Under the pieces are notes generated by a model. The model had not been told where the DNA came from. It did no database searches and worked only from the letters and a program-made list of their open reading frames with translations. Below, piece by piece: positions 12,820-25,804 of a stretch of DNA of 64,000 nt (position 1 is the stretch's first letter; every line of letters begins with the position of its first letter). Both the position numbers and the translations under genes were made by a program. This stretch comes from Octopus vulgaris. Taxonomy: Eukaryota. Location: assembly GCA_951406725.2 (NCBI GenBank), contig OX597819.1, positions 23,374,001 through 23,438,000 of the forward strand. The letters are read 5' to 3'.

Positions 12820-12911
<92 letters not shown>

Positions 12912-13010
12912 CAGAGAGACAGAGAGACAGATAGACAGACGGATGGACGGTCGGGTGGACAGACAGACAGGCAGGTAAGAAAACAGACAGACAGACAGGC
13001 AGAGAGAGAA

Positions 13011-13058
<48 letters not shown>
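12819..13058. repeat. (GATA)n/(GACA)/(GA)n microsatellite
   Basis: direct reading. Confidence 0.95.
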
Positions 13059-13061
<3 letters not shown>

Positions 13062-13241
13062 TTTCATTATTGGCCACACAATTGATAGATTATATATATT
13101 TCCGTTCATATACCAATTAATTAATATTAATTAAATTATCCAAAAATACATTCTTACAAGTTGATTCAAAATATTCTACTACCCAAATTACATTATTGCA
13201 TACCGGTTTCACTTCTTATGATAAATAACCATTGTAACGTA

Positions 13242-14264
13242 TGAGGTTATCCTAGAAGTTCTGTCCGAATTTTGAATAAAGAAAACAAGTGATCAAATGT
13301 TATATTTAATTGAAATTTAATTATCAATGTACTTTCCCTGATTATCTATGACTTACTTCCATCTATTTACAAGCTTTTTAATCCCATCAATGTAAAACTC
13401 TTTTGGTTGCAAAGCGAAGAACTCTGAAATATCAGGTTCGACCTCCTCCTGGCTTGCGAAAGTTGTGTCCCCCTAATAATTCTGTAAACTATGAAATAAA
13501 TGGTATCCTGAAGGAGTAAGGTCGGGAGAATAAGTTGGATGAAGAATTTTTTTCCAAACAGGCCTCTTCGATCTTCTGTGATGTGATCTTTGCAGTGTGG
13601 GGTCGCGCATTGTCCTGCTGAAACATCACACGTTTCGACTCACTAAAGCGGGTCTTTTTTCCTTCAACGCTTGGTTCAAACGCTCTAATTGCTGACAGTA
13701 GACTTGAGCATTGATTGTTGCATTAAGTGGTAACAATATAAAGTGAATCACTCCTTTGCAATCGCACCAGATATAGAGAAGACTTTTTCCCATGAAGTTC
13801 CTTTTTCGGTTGTGGTTGAGCTTTTTCCCTTTTACCAAGCCACTGTTTACAACGTTTAACATTTCGATAGAAGATCCATTTTTCGTCACCAGTCACAAGT
13901 CTATCCAAAAAGGGTGAAATGAGTTCGAGAGCATGGAGAGAAGAACAGATGTCAACTCGGGATTTGCGGTTGCTTGCGGACAATTCATGAGGTACCCATT
14001 TTCCAAGTTTAGGAATCTTTCCAAGTTGTTGACGATGACGATGAACTGATGTATGGTTTGAACTAAGTTTTATTGCCAATTCTTCAACTGACAATGCATG
14101 ATTTTCTTCAAGTAATTCCTCAAGAAGCTTATCATCAAACTCAACTGGATGTCCTGTTCGATCTTCATCTTCAAGGCTGAAATATCCACTTCTGAATTTT
14201 GCAAACCATCTTCTGACAGTTCTTTCATTCAAACATTCTTTCTCATAAACTGAGTATATGTTTA
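13242..14264 (-). pseudogene. mariner (DD34D-type) transposase pseudogene, 5'-truncated
   Basis: WFAKFRSG..LEDE, WVPHEL, TGDEKW, QDNARPH, YSPDLTPSGYHLF motifs across frameshifts. Confidence 0.9.
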
Positions 14265-14466
14265 CAGTAATCCTTCGCTATATCGCGGTTCATCTATCGC
14301 GGTTTATTATTTAAGCTGACGTCGATTTCTCCATGGTATTGTTTTGCACTTATGATAAAATGAATATATACAAATTATAAAAATAATTTAAAAAAATATA
14401 CGGTACTGTTTCTACCTCGCGGTATGGAGGTGAAAATTTACAGCCACCATAGTTGAGGGATTACTA
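14265..14466. mobile_element. pogo/Tigger-like MITE
   Basis: TIR CAGTAATCC..GGATTACT, TA-flanked; related to 32593-33125. Confidence 0.7.
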
Positions 14467-14815
14467 TAATCCTAAATCCACAATAAAAAAAAACATGAAA
14501 AACGGTAAATCACGACCTTAACACCGTTGATCAGAGATATACCCAATCAGATGCAACATAAAATTAAAGATTAGTCATTAATCACGTCAGTACCTCCCAA
14601 ACCAGTAGGATGAAAAACAATACTTAACAACATCTTAAGCCATACAACATCACACGTATACAAAGCGGTGGGATTCGTTCTGAGCACAGTAAGCGTATCG
14701 GTTGCCTCGAACGCCTGGTGAAGAACACCATCGGAGAACCATGCGGGTTGAAAAAACTGGAAGACGGAGGAGCTCTGTGACATACGACAGTGCAGATAAA
14801 ATAACAACGGGCATA

Positions 14816-15215
14816 TCTTTATATATAAAAGTGAGGTTGTGTGCTGTCTGTCTCCTACGATTTAGATTCCTAACTACTCCCACATTTTGCGGTGCAGTTT
14901 AACCAAATCCGGGTATCTTATAGTCGTGATTCATATCGAGCCCTTCTTGGTATTAGCGCGCGTCTACGATGAGTCTACGATTTAAAAAAAAAATTTACCA
15001 TCAATTTTCCCCATTTTAATGCATTTTTGGCATATATAAGGGAAGTAACTCTCGAAAAATTTATTATTAAATCTCAGAACGTAAAAAGCTACAGTAACCT
15101 TTGTGGTTAGTCATATTGAGATGGCTATTATACTTTACATCTCTAAAAATGCTTACATCTCTAAAAATGCTTATATAGTTATTTCCCTTACAAACCCGAG
15201 CAACGCCGGGCGATA
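14816..15215 (+). mobile_element. Non-autonomous Helitron (terminal CTAG missing)
   Basis: same family as 7342-7737. Confidence 0.85.
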
Positions 15216-16464
15216 CAACACTTCTCTCTACGATAATCGTATCATATATTAGAGGAAAAGCAAAAGAAAACAGAACTACACACAAACATACTTAACATTC
15301 ATACAGATGTCAAGTCCGGCTAAGTGGGATTAACAATAACGATCTATGAATTTATATATGTTTGGGTCCTATTTCGAGGTTTCCAACCTCTGACCAACAT
15401 ACCAGTAACAACTTATAAGAGTTTGTTATTTCTGTCGTGGTTTTATTATGTAACGAACATTGTTAAAACTATGACCAGATAATATATTCACTGTTACATA
15501 AGGTTCTATGGTAATTTGATTTATAATTTTCTAGTTAAAAGCTTCTGTAATTTAATGAGAACTGCAATTGATTCAGAATAGCTGTCTTCACAAGCGCCGA
15601 GAATCTGTCATTATTGATAATGAATGGACATTGATCTTAGTCAAAACGTCAATTGCCTAGTAGCAACTAAGATTTCAATGCGATAAGGTTTTAGATTCTA
15701 CACTCAACAGAAAAGCTGCTTTCATCCCTGATTAAACGACTTAATGGAAAACGGAAGTTGAGCTATATTAATTAGCGGCAAGTGAAAACTACTCAGGGTC
15801 ACGCTCTGCTTGGCCACATTTCATCATTAAGCTAATGAGTCTTTCTCCTCACGACAGATGTAATTTTAATCATGCACCAACAGTGATCACAACCTCATTA
15901 AGACAATTAATTTTCTGTGTTTACACCATAACCTGGTAAAATATGGCACTTATACATAAATCTACCTATATCTGTATCAGATACTGTGAGTAGAAGAATT
16001 TTGCGCTCAAAAGCTAAAGGACACCCATGATTGAAGATGAGAGGGGTATCATCGGCTTATCTACCTGTTGAAATACTCATTACGGTTAACCTATTGCCTT
16101 CTTAGGCTAAAAATGTCAGATGAGTAACCAAAAGTAGCTGCGTAGACTCATACAAGTACCTTAAATATTGCAATGAGTTTTTTTAATAAAAAGTATGATA
16201 AACACAAGATGCAGTTTATATCAGGTGTTTTTCCTACATACACTTCAGCTTTGTGACTATGTGCATCCACTGCAGTGGGTGCTCTAAGTGCAATTGGATG
16301 CTGAACCCAAACAGTGCTTCCGGGCAATTCTTTATCTCATTATGTTTACATTAATCATGCTGGACAGATGACAAGACATTTTATGATACTCTACCCGATT
16401 AGTATAAATTTCATAATATTAAGACTTACTTATCCTCGTGATATGGATCTTTCTTCCCAGTCGT

Positions 16465-16846
16465 GGAGGCGCAATGGCCCAGTGGTTAGGGCAGCGGACT
16501 CGCGGTCATAGGATCGCGGTTTCGATTCCCAGACCGGGCGTTGTGAGTATTTATTGAGCGAAAACACCTAAAGCTCCACGAGGCTCCGGCAGGGAATGGT
16601 GGTGATCCCTGCTGTATTCTTTCACCACAACTTTCTCTCACTCTTACTTCCTGTTTCTGTTGTACCTGTATTTCAAAGGGCCGGCCTTGTCACTCTCTGT
16701 GTCACGCTGAATATCCCAGAGAACTACGTTAAGGGTACACGTGTCTGTGGAGTGCTCAGCCACTTACACGTTAATTTCACGAGCAGGCTGTTCCGTTGAT
16801 TTGGATCAACCGGAACCCTCGTCGTCGTAACCGACGGAGTGCTTCC
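16465..16846 (+). mobile_element. SINE family R (tRNA-Arg-like, OR-type), full length
   Basis: A/B boxes, TCG anticodon-like loop; TSD TCTTCCCAGT 16452-16461 / 16848-16857. Confidence 0.9.
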
Positions 16847-16878
16847 CTCTTCCCAGTAAAATTTCTGTGATATAACAA

Positions 16879-17093
16879 GGCGGCGAACTGGCGGAAATTT
16901 TAGCACGCCGAGCAAAATGCTTAGCGGCATTTCGTCCGTCTTTATGTTTTGAGTTCAAATTCCGCCGGGGTCGACTTTACTTTTCACCATTTTGTTGTCG
17001 ATAAAATATGTACCATTTGATCACTGGGGTCGATGTAATCGACTTACACCCTCCCCCCTAAATAACTGGTCCTGTGCCAAAATTTGAAATCGA
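16879..17093 (+). mobile_element. SINE family M
   Basis: family match. Confidence 0.85.
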
Positions 17094-17411
17094 TATTTCT
17101 GTGACATAATTTCATCTACCCAGGAAGCGTATTGCCATGATGTTTTCTCGATAATCATAGCATATCAACAAGCTTAATAACCGCATTAATGAATACATGG
17201 TGGTGGTGGTCGCCGTCGTCGTCGTCGTCATTGTTGTCGTTATCATGGTGGGGTACTGATGGTGGTAGTTGTGGTGATGGTGGTGTAAGAGAAAGAGGAG
17301 GAAAATGACAAAATGCAATGACAGCTAAGGGGAACTCAGTGTAGGAAATTATGTTCCCCCCAAACAGGAACGCCATGAAATGGCAGTATGTTGTATAGAT
17401 GACATAGAATA

Positions 17412-17575
17412 GGCGTAGGAGTGGCTGTGTGTTAAGTAGCTTGCTTACGAACCACATGGTTTCAGGTTCAGTCCCACTGCGTGGCACCTTGGGCAAGTGT
17501 CTTCTACTATAGCCTCGGGCCGACCAAAGCCTTGTGAGTGAATTTGGTAGACGGAAACTGAAAGAAGCCTGTCGA

Positions 17576-17632
<57 letters not shown>

Positions 17633-17862
17633 TGTATGTATGAGTGTGTAAATGTCTGTGTGTCTTTGTTTGTCCCCCCAACCGATGCTGATGTGCTTAC
17701 GTCCCCGTAACTTAGCGGTTCGGAAAAAGAGACTGATAGAATAAGTACTAGGCTTACAAAGAATAAGTCCTGGGGTCGATTTGCTCGACTAAAGGCGGTG
17801 CTCCAGCATGGCCACAGTCAAATGACTGAAACAAGTAAAAGAGCAAAAAGAGCAAAAAGAGT
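17412..17862 (+). mobile_element. SINE family C
   Basis: family match. Confidence 0.9.
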
Positions 17863-18159
17863 AATGAGTAAAGAGTAGGAGTGTGATCGTCTCTGAAAAA
17901 ATAGTGAGATCGAAATATTTCTTCCAATTGTATTTTTGGGGGGCCCTAGGTCTTATAAGACCGGTTGCCCGTTTTCTATTCCCTACACAACATTCGTCAT
18001 CGGCTGGGTGCCGGTCCGTTGCAGGATTCAAGGCAAATAATTTTTAGGGAAGGGTCAAGTTGATGACATGGACGGTGAATCGCTCGGCTCGTCCTTCAAT
18101 GAAGAGCGCGGCTATCCGCGTAAACTGATGCGTATTGCAGGACTCAGTGATCAAAACAA

Positions 18160-18535
18160 GGCGGCGAGCTGGCAGAAACGTTAGTACGCCGAGCGAAATG
18201 CTTAGCGGTATTTCGTCTGACTACATTTTGAGTTCTAATTCCGCCGAGGTTGATTTTGCCTCTCATCCTTTTGGGGTCGATAAATTAAGTACCAGTTACA
18301 CACTGGAGTCGATGTAATCGGCTTAATCCCTTTGTCTGTCTTTGTTTGTCCCCTCTATGTTTAGCTCCCTATGGGCAATAAAAATTAAGTTGATGACACT
18401 GACTCCAGTATTCTATTGGTACTTTATTTTATCAACCCACAAAGTGATGAAAGGCAAGGTTGACTTCGGCGGGATTGGAACTCAGAGCGTAAATAACCGG
18501 AAGAAATGCTAACGATTCTGTTAGCTCGCCGCCTT
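18160..18535. mobile_element. Two SINE family M copies tail-to-tail (18160-18385 +, 18390-18535 -)
   Basis: family match. Confidence 0.8.
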
Positions 18536-18683
18536 GTCAGAGCTCATGAGATCAAATCCTGTAGCCTGGTATAGGCAACAATGATGGAAAACAGAGACGT
18601 GTTTTTAACTTGCAGGGCCAAATTCAATTTCTACTGTAAATTCATTTGTTGATGCTTTTTTCTTGTTGGTAAGGTCTTAAAGG

Positions 18684-18975
18684 TGGAGGCACATAGCCTA
18701 GTTGTTAGAGCCGCGGACTCGCGGTCGAGGGATCGCGGGTCCGAATCTCAGACCGGGCGGTGTGTGTGTTTATGAACGAAACACGTGGCTCCGGCAGAGG
18801 GTAATGGCGAACTTCTGCTGATACTTTCACCATAACTTTATCTCACTATTTCTTCATGCATCTATCAGCTCACCTGCTACGGACCGGTGTCCCGTCCAGG
18901 TGGGGAACCTATACGCCACAGAAACCGGAAAACCCGCCCTAATGAGTCAGGCATGGCTTGAGAAGGAACAAAAAA
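18684..18975 (+). mobile_element. SINE family R, second tail type
   Basis: R head and body; tail shared with 31125-31408 and 62300-62560. Confidence 0.8.
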
Positions 18976-19828
18976 AGGTCTTGAAGAAGAAACTCTGCCT
19001 ACAACATATATTGGTCCTTCGCGGAATTTAATGATTTGAACACGGCAACTACGGTAAAAAAAACCTTAGCAAAGAGGGACAATCCGAGGATCAACCAACA
19101 GTTTAGGAAGTAAGTACAGAGCTTAATGTGTATTGTGGAGACGAGAGGAGCGCAATATGGTTTGGGGCACAAAAGAAGCTAATTCTGTTAAAGCGAAAGA
19201 TAAAGCAAAAACTTGAGTCAAATACTTGAAAAATAAGTTCTACCGGAACAGTTTCCAAGATTAATGAAAGTGTCTTTGAGGGATTTCAAATATGAAAATT
19301 AGATAATAAAGGTATTTAATGGAAAGCCTAAATAAAGCCGAACATAAAAACAACCTGGCATGACTTTAAAAGTGTCTGTACAAACTTTTTGATAAATCAC
19401 TAAGTCGAAAACTGCTCTGAAATAGTAGGGGAACTTCTTAAATCCTGTCAAGCACCAAGTTTGCGTTTCCAGAGTTAGGGTGTGTGCTCCAAATCGTGAG
19501 GAATCTAAAGTCATCCGATGCGCCCGAATAACAAAGGCACAAGAAAGCCACAATTCTGTCTTCAACGGATCGATTCCTAGTAGGCGCGCGGCTTTTCAAT
19601 GGCAAAGATTAAAGAAAACATTTTCGTAGACTTTCAGATCAAAGGATCAGGTAATGGAGCTCTTTGAATAAAAATTGTATAAAACTGGAAAACATCTACA
19701 TGGAATGACAACTGCGAAAACTTTGGGGGGAAATCTTAAGGTCGAAAATTTATCTGAAATAGTAGTTGAACTTCATTAATTACATTATTTACATTTGACG
19801 GATATTTGTCCTCATCTTGTTTGTGGTT

Positions 19829-19871
19829 AACATATTTCGGATGATATACACTCCAGCCTTCATCAGGTGTC
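19829..19871 (-). ncRNA. Minimal type I hammerhead motif, degenerate on the 3' side
   Basis: GACAC CUGAUGA A GGCUG..CAUCC GAAA UAUGUU. Confidence 0.55.
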
Positions 19872-19920
19872 TTGGGAAAATTTCGAACCTGGGTTCTCAT
19901 TCTTAAGGTATTTTTCGATG

Positions 19921-19980
<60 letters not shown>

Positions 19981-20398
19981 CATCATTGCCTTTGCACAGC
20001 TTCTAACGCTGGAGATGTATTACAGTGTCAGCTGTTCACTACCAGTGAACTAACGTAACATATCTTATTTTTCGAGCACCTTCCAGAATATTCGAGTGGT
20101 TCCAAGCAGTGCTGTTTTCTACAAGTGCTCCACCCTTATTGCAGCCCCTATTTGTTCCACGTACTTCTCGAGATTTTTGCTCACTGTTCCCAGTGCTCCG
20201 ACAATTTTCATAGACCACAATTCCTTTAATTAATTGTTATAGCCATATTAATATGGCATTCTTATAGATATAAGAATAATCGCTGCCATGGTCAGCTCCA
20301 TGAGGCCACCGCCATCAAGATAGCTATTGATACACGATCTGTATCCATTATAGCCTTCGAACAAGGGAGGTCAGCCGCTTCACACTGCCAGTCCGACA

Positions 20399-20440
20399 GC
20401 TACAGACGCGTTTCGGGGTATTGCCCCTTGTCAATGTAGC
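20399..20440 (-). ncRNA. Minimal type I hammerhead ribozyme, U3:A8 variant
   Basis: GCUACA UUGACAA GGGG CAAUA CCCC GAAA CGCG UC UGUAGC. Confidence 0.8.
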
Positions 20441-21036
20441 GCAGTCAGACCCGCAGGTGTCGCCACTGACGTCTGTTCGAAGGCTTATATTTACCTAGTT
20501 TCAGTGGAATACATCCACTTGTTTTCAATAATAGAAATATTAAAATTACTAAGTCTCTATAAAAGAGATTATGGCAGCGTTTACTGGAAATTAATTGTTA
20601 TCGACATATTAATATGGCATTCTTATAGATATAAGAATAATCGCTGCCATGGTCAGCTCCATGAGGCCACCGCCATCAAGATAGCTATTGATACACGATC
20701 TGTATCCATTATAACCTTCGAACTGGCAGTGGGAAGCGGCTGACCTCCCTTGTTCGAAAGTTATAATGGATACAGATCGTGTATCAATAGCTATCTTGAT
20801 GGCGGTGGCCTCATGGAGCTGACCATGGCAGCGATTATTCTTATATCTATAAGAATGCCATATTAATATGTCGATAACAATTAATTTCCAGTAAACGCTG
20901 CCATAATCTCTTTTATAGAGACTTAGTAATTTTAATATTTCTATTATTGAAAACAAGTGGATGTATTCCACTGAAACTAGGTAAATATAAGCCTTCGAAC
21001 AGAGACGTCAGTGGCGACACCTGCGGGTCTGACTGC

Positions 21037-21078
21037 GCTACATTGACAAGGGGCAATACCCCGAAACGCGTCTGTAGC
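21037..21078 (+). ncRNA. Minimal type I hammerhead ribozyme, U3:A8 variant
   Basis: identical to 20399-20440; stem I extendable by GUCUGAC/GUCGGAC. Confidence 0.8.
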
Positions 21079-21678
21079 TGTCGGACTAGCAGTGTGAAGC
21101 GGCTGACCTCCCTTGTTCGAAGGTTATAATGGATACAGATCGTGTATCAATAGCTATCTTGATGGCGGTGGCCTCATGGAGCTGACCATGGCAGCGATTA
21201 TTCTTATATCTATAAGAATGCCATATTAATATGGCGATAACAATTAATTTCCAGTAAACGCTGCCATAATCTCTTTTATAGAGACTTAGTAATTTTAATA
21301 TTTCTACAATTCCTTTACTTCCCAAGCTAACTTGCCATATCTCTAGACTTTTCTTTCTTCTTTATCGCATATCTTGTTGTTAGCTGGGCATGCTATATTT
21401 ATGATCCAGTATAGTTTGCTTTCTTTCTCAATTAAGACTATGTCAGGCTTCCTATTTTCTATCTCATGGTCGCACTGCATCATAAAATCCCATAGGATCT
21501 TTGCATTTCCATTTTCGACGATGTCTGCAGGTTTGTGGTCGTACTTTTTTATTCATTCAGGTCACCGCCTGGAATCGAAATCGGAATCTTGAGGTTAGTA
21601 GCCAATGGTCTTAACCACTACGCCTCATGCCCGAAAAAATACCTTAGGAATGAGAACCCAGGTTCGAAATTTCCCCAA

Positions 21679-21724
21679 AACACATGATGAAGGCTGGAGG
21701 GTATATCAGCCGAAACATTGTGTT
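21679..21724 (+). ncRNA. Minimal type I hammerhead motif (C3>A in this copy)
   Basis: AACAC AUGAUGA A GGCUG GAGGGUAUAU CAGCC GAAA CAUU GUGUU. Confidence 0.6.
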
Positions 21725-21857
21725 AACAACAAACAAGATGAGGATAAATATCCGTCAAATGTAAATAATGTACATAATTCCTCATCTCTTAAATATAAAA
21801 CTGTATTATAGTAGTTGAGCTTGTTAAGTCTTGCCAATGGGATACTTTATATCATTC

Positions 21858-22088
21858 GGCGGCGAGCTGGCAGAATCGTTAGCACGCCGGCCGAAATGCT
21901 TAACAGTATTTCGTCTGCCGCTACGTTCTGAGATCAAATTCCGCCGAGGTCGACTTTGCCTTTCATCCTTTCGGGGTCGATTAAATAAGTACCAGTTACG
22001 CACTGGGGTCGATATAATCAACTTAATCCGTTTGTCTGTCCTTGTTTGTCCCCTCTGTGTTTAGCCCCTTCTGGGTTGTAAAGAAATT
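21858..22088 (+). mobile_element. SINE family M with Tx1-like tail
   Basis: TSD TTTATATCATT 21846-21856 / 22087-22097. Confidence 0.9.
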
Positions 22089-22341
22089 TATATCATTAAA
22101 GGTTCAGTCGCTTTGACTTTTTTTCCAGAAGAGAAGGTTGCAACAAACGACAAAGATGATTAGCATTTATACCTGGATATTTCTGCGACGGAAAAGCGTT
22201 ACTGGGCCAACTGGAACCCCAGTGTGTTTTATGATTACTGCTGGCCTCTTTAAAGAGACACCTCTCGGGCAAACTATAAAATAAAATGAAATCAATCTAC
22301 AGTTTGATCTATAATTATGTCGTTTTAATAGTGTATTAATA

Positions 22342-22717
22342 TTGGGTTGGTGCATAATTATTGCGGCTTTTTTCAACAAATTATATTCAACAAAAACAAT
22401 AGCAGCATGTAACACAAACATCTTTAAATGATTATTCCGGGGCATATTTGCTTGGCAGACGGTCAGACCGTCATTTAAAGATGCTTTTATTAAATATTGC
22501 TATTGCTTCTGTTGAATAAAATTTGTTGAGAAAAAAAAAGCCACAATAGGCGCAGGAGTGGCTGTGTGGTAAGTAGCTTGCTAACCAACCACATGGTTGC
22601 AGGTTCAGTCCCACTGTGTGGCATCTTGGGCAAGTGTCTTCTGCTATAGCCCCGGGCCGACCAATGACTTGTGAGTGGATTTGGTAGACGGAAACTGAAA
22701 GAAGCCTGTCGTATATA

Positions 22718-22777
<60 letters not shown>

Positions 22778-23005
22778 ATTGTGTGTCTGTGTTTGTCCCC
22801 TAGCATTGCTTGACAACCGATGCTGGTGCGTTTACGTCCCCGTAACTTAGCGGTTCGGCAAAAGAGACCGATAGAATAAGTACTGGGCTTACAAAGAATA
22901 AATCCCGGGGTCGATTTGCTCGACTAAAGGCGGTGCTCCAGCATGGCCGCAGTCAAATGACTGAAACAAATAATAGAGTAAAAGAATGATTACGCACCAA
23001 CCCAA
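22342..23005. mobile_element. mariner-type MITE containing a family C SINE (22549-22985 +)
   Basis: TIR TTGGGTTGGTGC..GCACCAACCCAA with TA flanks. Confidence 0.75.
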
Positions 23006-23174
23006 TATATATGTAACTACATAGATCAGAAAAATGAAAGTGCATGCTTGACAAAAATAAAAACTGACCAATGAGAGAAATGTAACAAGCTTATTTGGAT
23101 TCGGTATAACGATTTTCATTCTTGACGGCGACAATAACTTATTATACAGCAGTATGGGAATTAATAATTAGCAT

Positions 23175-24470
23175 TCCATCCATTCATCCATTTTCATTGC
23201 CCATTATACTTGTGAGGGTCGTGGAGTAGACCCCTTCAGGTACCTTCTCCATAGGATCCTATTAGAAGTAACCATTATTACACTTTTCGTCTGAATTCTC
23301 AAATGTCACAAACTTAGACTCTCTTTACTCTTTTACTCTTTTACTTGTTTCAGTCATTTGACTGCGGCCATGCTGGAGTACCGCCTTTGGTCGAGCAAAT
23401 CGACCCCGGGACTTATTCTTTGTAAGCCCAGTACTAATTCTATCGGTCAATTTTGCCGAACCGCTAAGTGACAGGGACGTAAACACACCAGCATCGGTTG
23501 TCAAGCAATGCTAGGGGGACAAACACAGACACACAAACATATACACACACACTTATATATATATATACGACAGGCTTCTTTCAGTTTCCGTCTACCAATT
23601 CCACTCACAAGGCATTGGTCGGCCCGGGGCTATAGTAGAAGACACTTGCCCAAGATGCCACGCAGTGGGACTGAACCCGGAAACATGTGGTTGGTTAGCA
23701 AGCTACTTACCACACAGCCACTCCTGCGCCTATGGATAATATCCAACTATCTCATTCTTAGTATACCCTTAGGTCTCCTGCGAGCTGGCCCCACTTGATG
23801 ATTCCGTCTTGCGATTTACTGTACCCTTCTAATCACATGTCTGTGCAACTGGGGCTGTGACTTCTCAGTGCAGAGAAGTAGCGACTCGACCTGAAGAGAC
23901 TCTTTGGTCTCTTAGCTACGCATCCTGTCTAGCAACATTACTCCAGAGATCCTTCAAAAGAACCCCATTTTGGTGACCTGTATTCGCAATCGTAAACTTT
24001 CGGCGATAACGGCAATTATGACCGTTATCATAGGTAAGGATAGCCATGAAAACCGAATCGAAGATAACCAATTAGGCATTTTTTTTACCAACTGTACCTT
24101 TCTTATTTCTTTACTACCCACAAGGGGCTAAACATAGAGGGGACAAACAAGGACAGACAAACGGATTAAGTCGATTACATCGACCCCCAGTGCGTAACTG
24201 GTACTTAATTTATCGACCCCGAAAGGATGAAAGGCAAAGTCAACCTCGGCGAAATTTGAACTCAGAATGTAACGGCAGACGAAATACGGCTACGCATTTC
24301 GCCCGGCGTGCTAACGATTCTGCCAGCTCGCCGCCCTAAACTGTACCCTTCTGAGGATCCAATGATGAAGCAGGCGTATTACTGCGAGAGCAACTGCAAT
24401 TCAAACACCCAGTCCAGTCTCCTGCCTCCCATCACCCGTGAATACGGCCTGGGGATACTTCTCCACTATT
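23175..24470 (-). mobile_element. Degenerate RTE-clade LINE fragment interrupted by SINE C (23318-23730 -) and SINE M (24104-24336 -)
   Basis: VFMAILTY..KMGFF.RISGV.LLDRMRS..LQVESLLL..EKSQ..HVIR..NRILWR; SINE M TSD AACTGTACC(T/C)TTCT. Confidence 0.7.
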
Positions 24471-25526
24471 CGACATCAGCACTGGATATATAACGAGATA
24501 TGGAAAGAGAAGATAAGAAACACATAACTAGAATGAGAAGGGGATTTATAGAAATATAGAAAGAAGTAGCAGCAGCAGCAGCAGCAGCGCAAAGAGTTGG
24601 TATGTCGTTTCTATGTTGGCTACTTCACTGTTCTAGACTGGCTCTCATCTAAATAAATCATTTAAACTACTTGAATTTGTTCAAAAGACATCACCTACTG
24701 CCCTTGTTTGTAATGGTCAACGTGCAGAGTCATTGAAATTAACCCAGCTACTTTATCCCAAACTCTCTCTCTCATTCCAGCATTATCTCTCTCTCCCTTT
24801 CTCTCTCTCTCTCCCTTTCTCTCTCTCTCTCTCCCTTTCTCTCTCTCTCTCTCTCCCTTTCTCCCTCTTCTTCTCTCTCTCTCTCTCTCTCTCAATCGTG
24901 TTTCGAACAATTATTTACGCATCTTACAAATTGCGAACACAATTTATCTCAGTATCGTTAGACGTCAACTTAAAGCCTAAATTATTTTTCGCTTTTATAA
25001 AAGCATGATGTCAGCTGATATAGAACGTGACATTAAAAGGTGTTCACCACCAGCCGAGGGCGACTATATTGGTAACATTATACGTCTTCTACTTATGCAA
25101 TTTCGTGTCGTCAATGCTTTCTTTTACCTTGCATTAGGTCTTATTGATTTTCATATGAACTATCTCTGTGTTTAGGTTTGCTTTCCTGAAGAGAAAGACT
25201 AAAAATATATCAACTAGCTTACTCTTAAAGCTACACCAACAATCTATTAGTTGCTTTAACCAGTTCCAACCTACAATCTAAAGAGAAACTAATAGCAAGC
25301 TAAGTGGTATGGTGGTGTATTTATCTGATATTGTAGCTGTATAATAAATACGAGCTATTTCCCTTGTAGCATACACGAGTCTATGTCTGTTTAAATGTAT
25401 GTCGAACTGTCTAAATGTATGTGTGTGTGCGTGCGCGTGTATCAGCGTGTGTGTGTGGCCTATATTGGCAATTATGCTTATATCTGTATATTCTATTTTG
25501 CATAATTGTATGTATATATATACAGA

Positions 25527-25650
<124 letters not shown>

Positions 25651-25804
25651 GTGTGTGCATACATATACTTTTATATTTATATATAAACTTATTTGTAAAT
25701 GAATGCATGACGTTCAATTAAATAATAGTATAAATAATATATGTGTATGTATGTATATATATGTATGTATATAATAATAATTAGTAGTAGTAGTAGTAGT
25801 AGTA

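Larger units (their letters stand above)
20229..21305. mobile_element. Non-coding ~361-bp-unit tandem + inverted element with hammerheads (Penelope pLTR- or retrozyme-like)
   Basis: unit restarts at 20229 and 20590; orientation flips near 20723; TSD ACAATTCCTTTA 20217-20228 / 21306-21317. Confidence 0.9.
19981..21550 (-). mobile_element. R4/Dong 3' fragment inserted in (TAA)n, interrupted at 20229-21305
   Basis: KILWDFMMQCDHEIENRKPDIVL..INIACPA (21306-21550); IVGALGTVSKNLEKY..LLGTTRI (19981-20216); followed by (TAA)n. Confidence 0.9.
19774..21807 (-). mobile_element. Composite tRNA-head/(TAA)n/hammerhead-tail element with 5' inverted tail copy, carrying nested insertions
   Basis: TSD ATAGTAGTTGA(A/G)CTT 19759-19773 / 21808-21822; tRNA head 21556-21632 (-); tail 19774-19920 (-); inverted tail 21632-21801 (+); same layout at 37484-37821. 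Confidence 0.8.
19230..22260 (+). pseudogene. Highly degenerate Chapaev3-like (CMC) transposase remnants, split by nested insertions
   Basis: WHDFKSVCTNFL..VEN.SEIVGELLKS (19365-19445), a repeat of this block near 19720-19773, then DFFPE..DISATEKRY..W....DYCW (22110-22250); family assignment is from recalled motifs. Confidence 0.5.

Noticed and set aside
15358-15400. GAGG/CCUC hairpin followed by GAAA on the - strand
   Set aside because: No acceptable core heptamer or UH site
16465-16540. tRNA genes (also 37527, 57815, 59205)
   Set aside because: No complete acceptor stem; they continue into SINE bodies with TSDs
20504-21325. Repeated 79-120 aa ORFs (MEYIHLFS..)
   Set aside because: Products of the tandem/inverted unit; no recognisable domain
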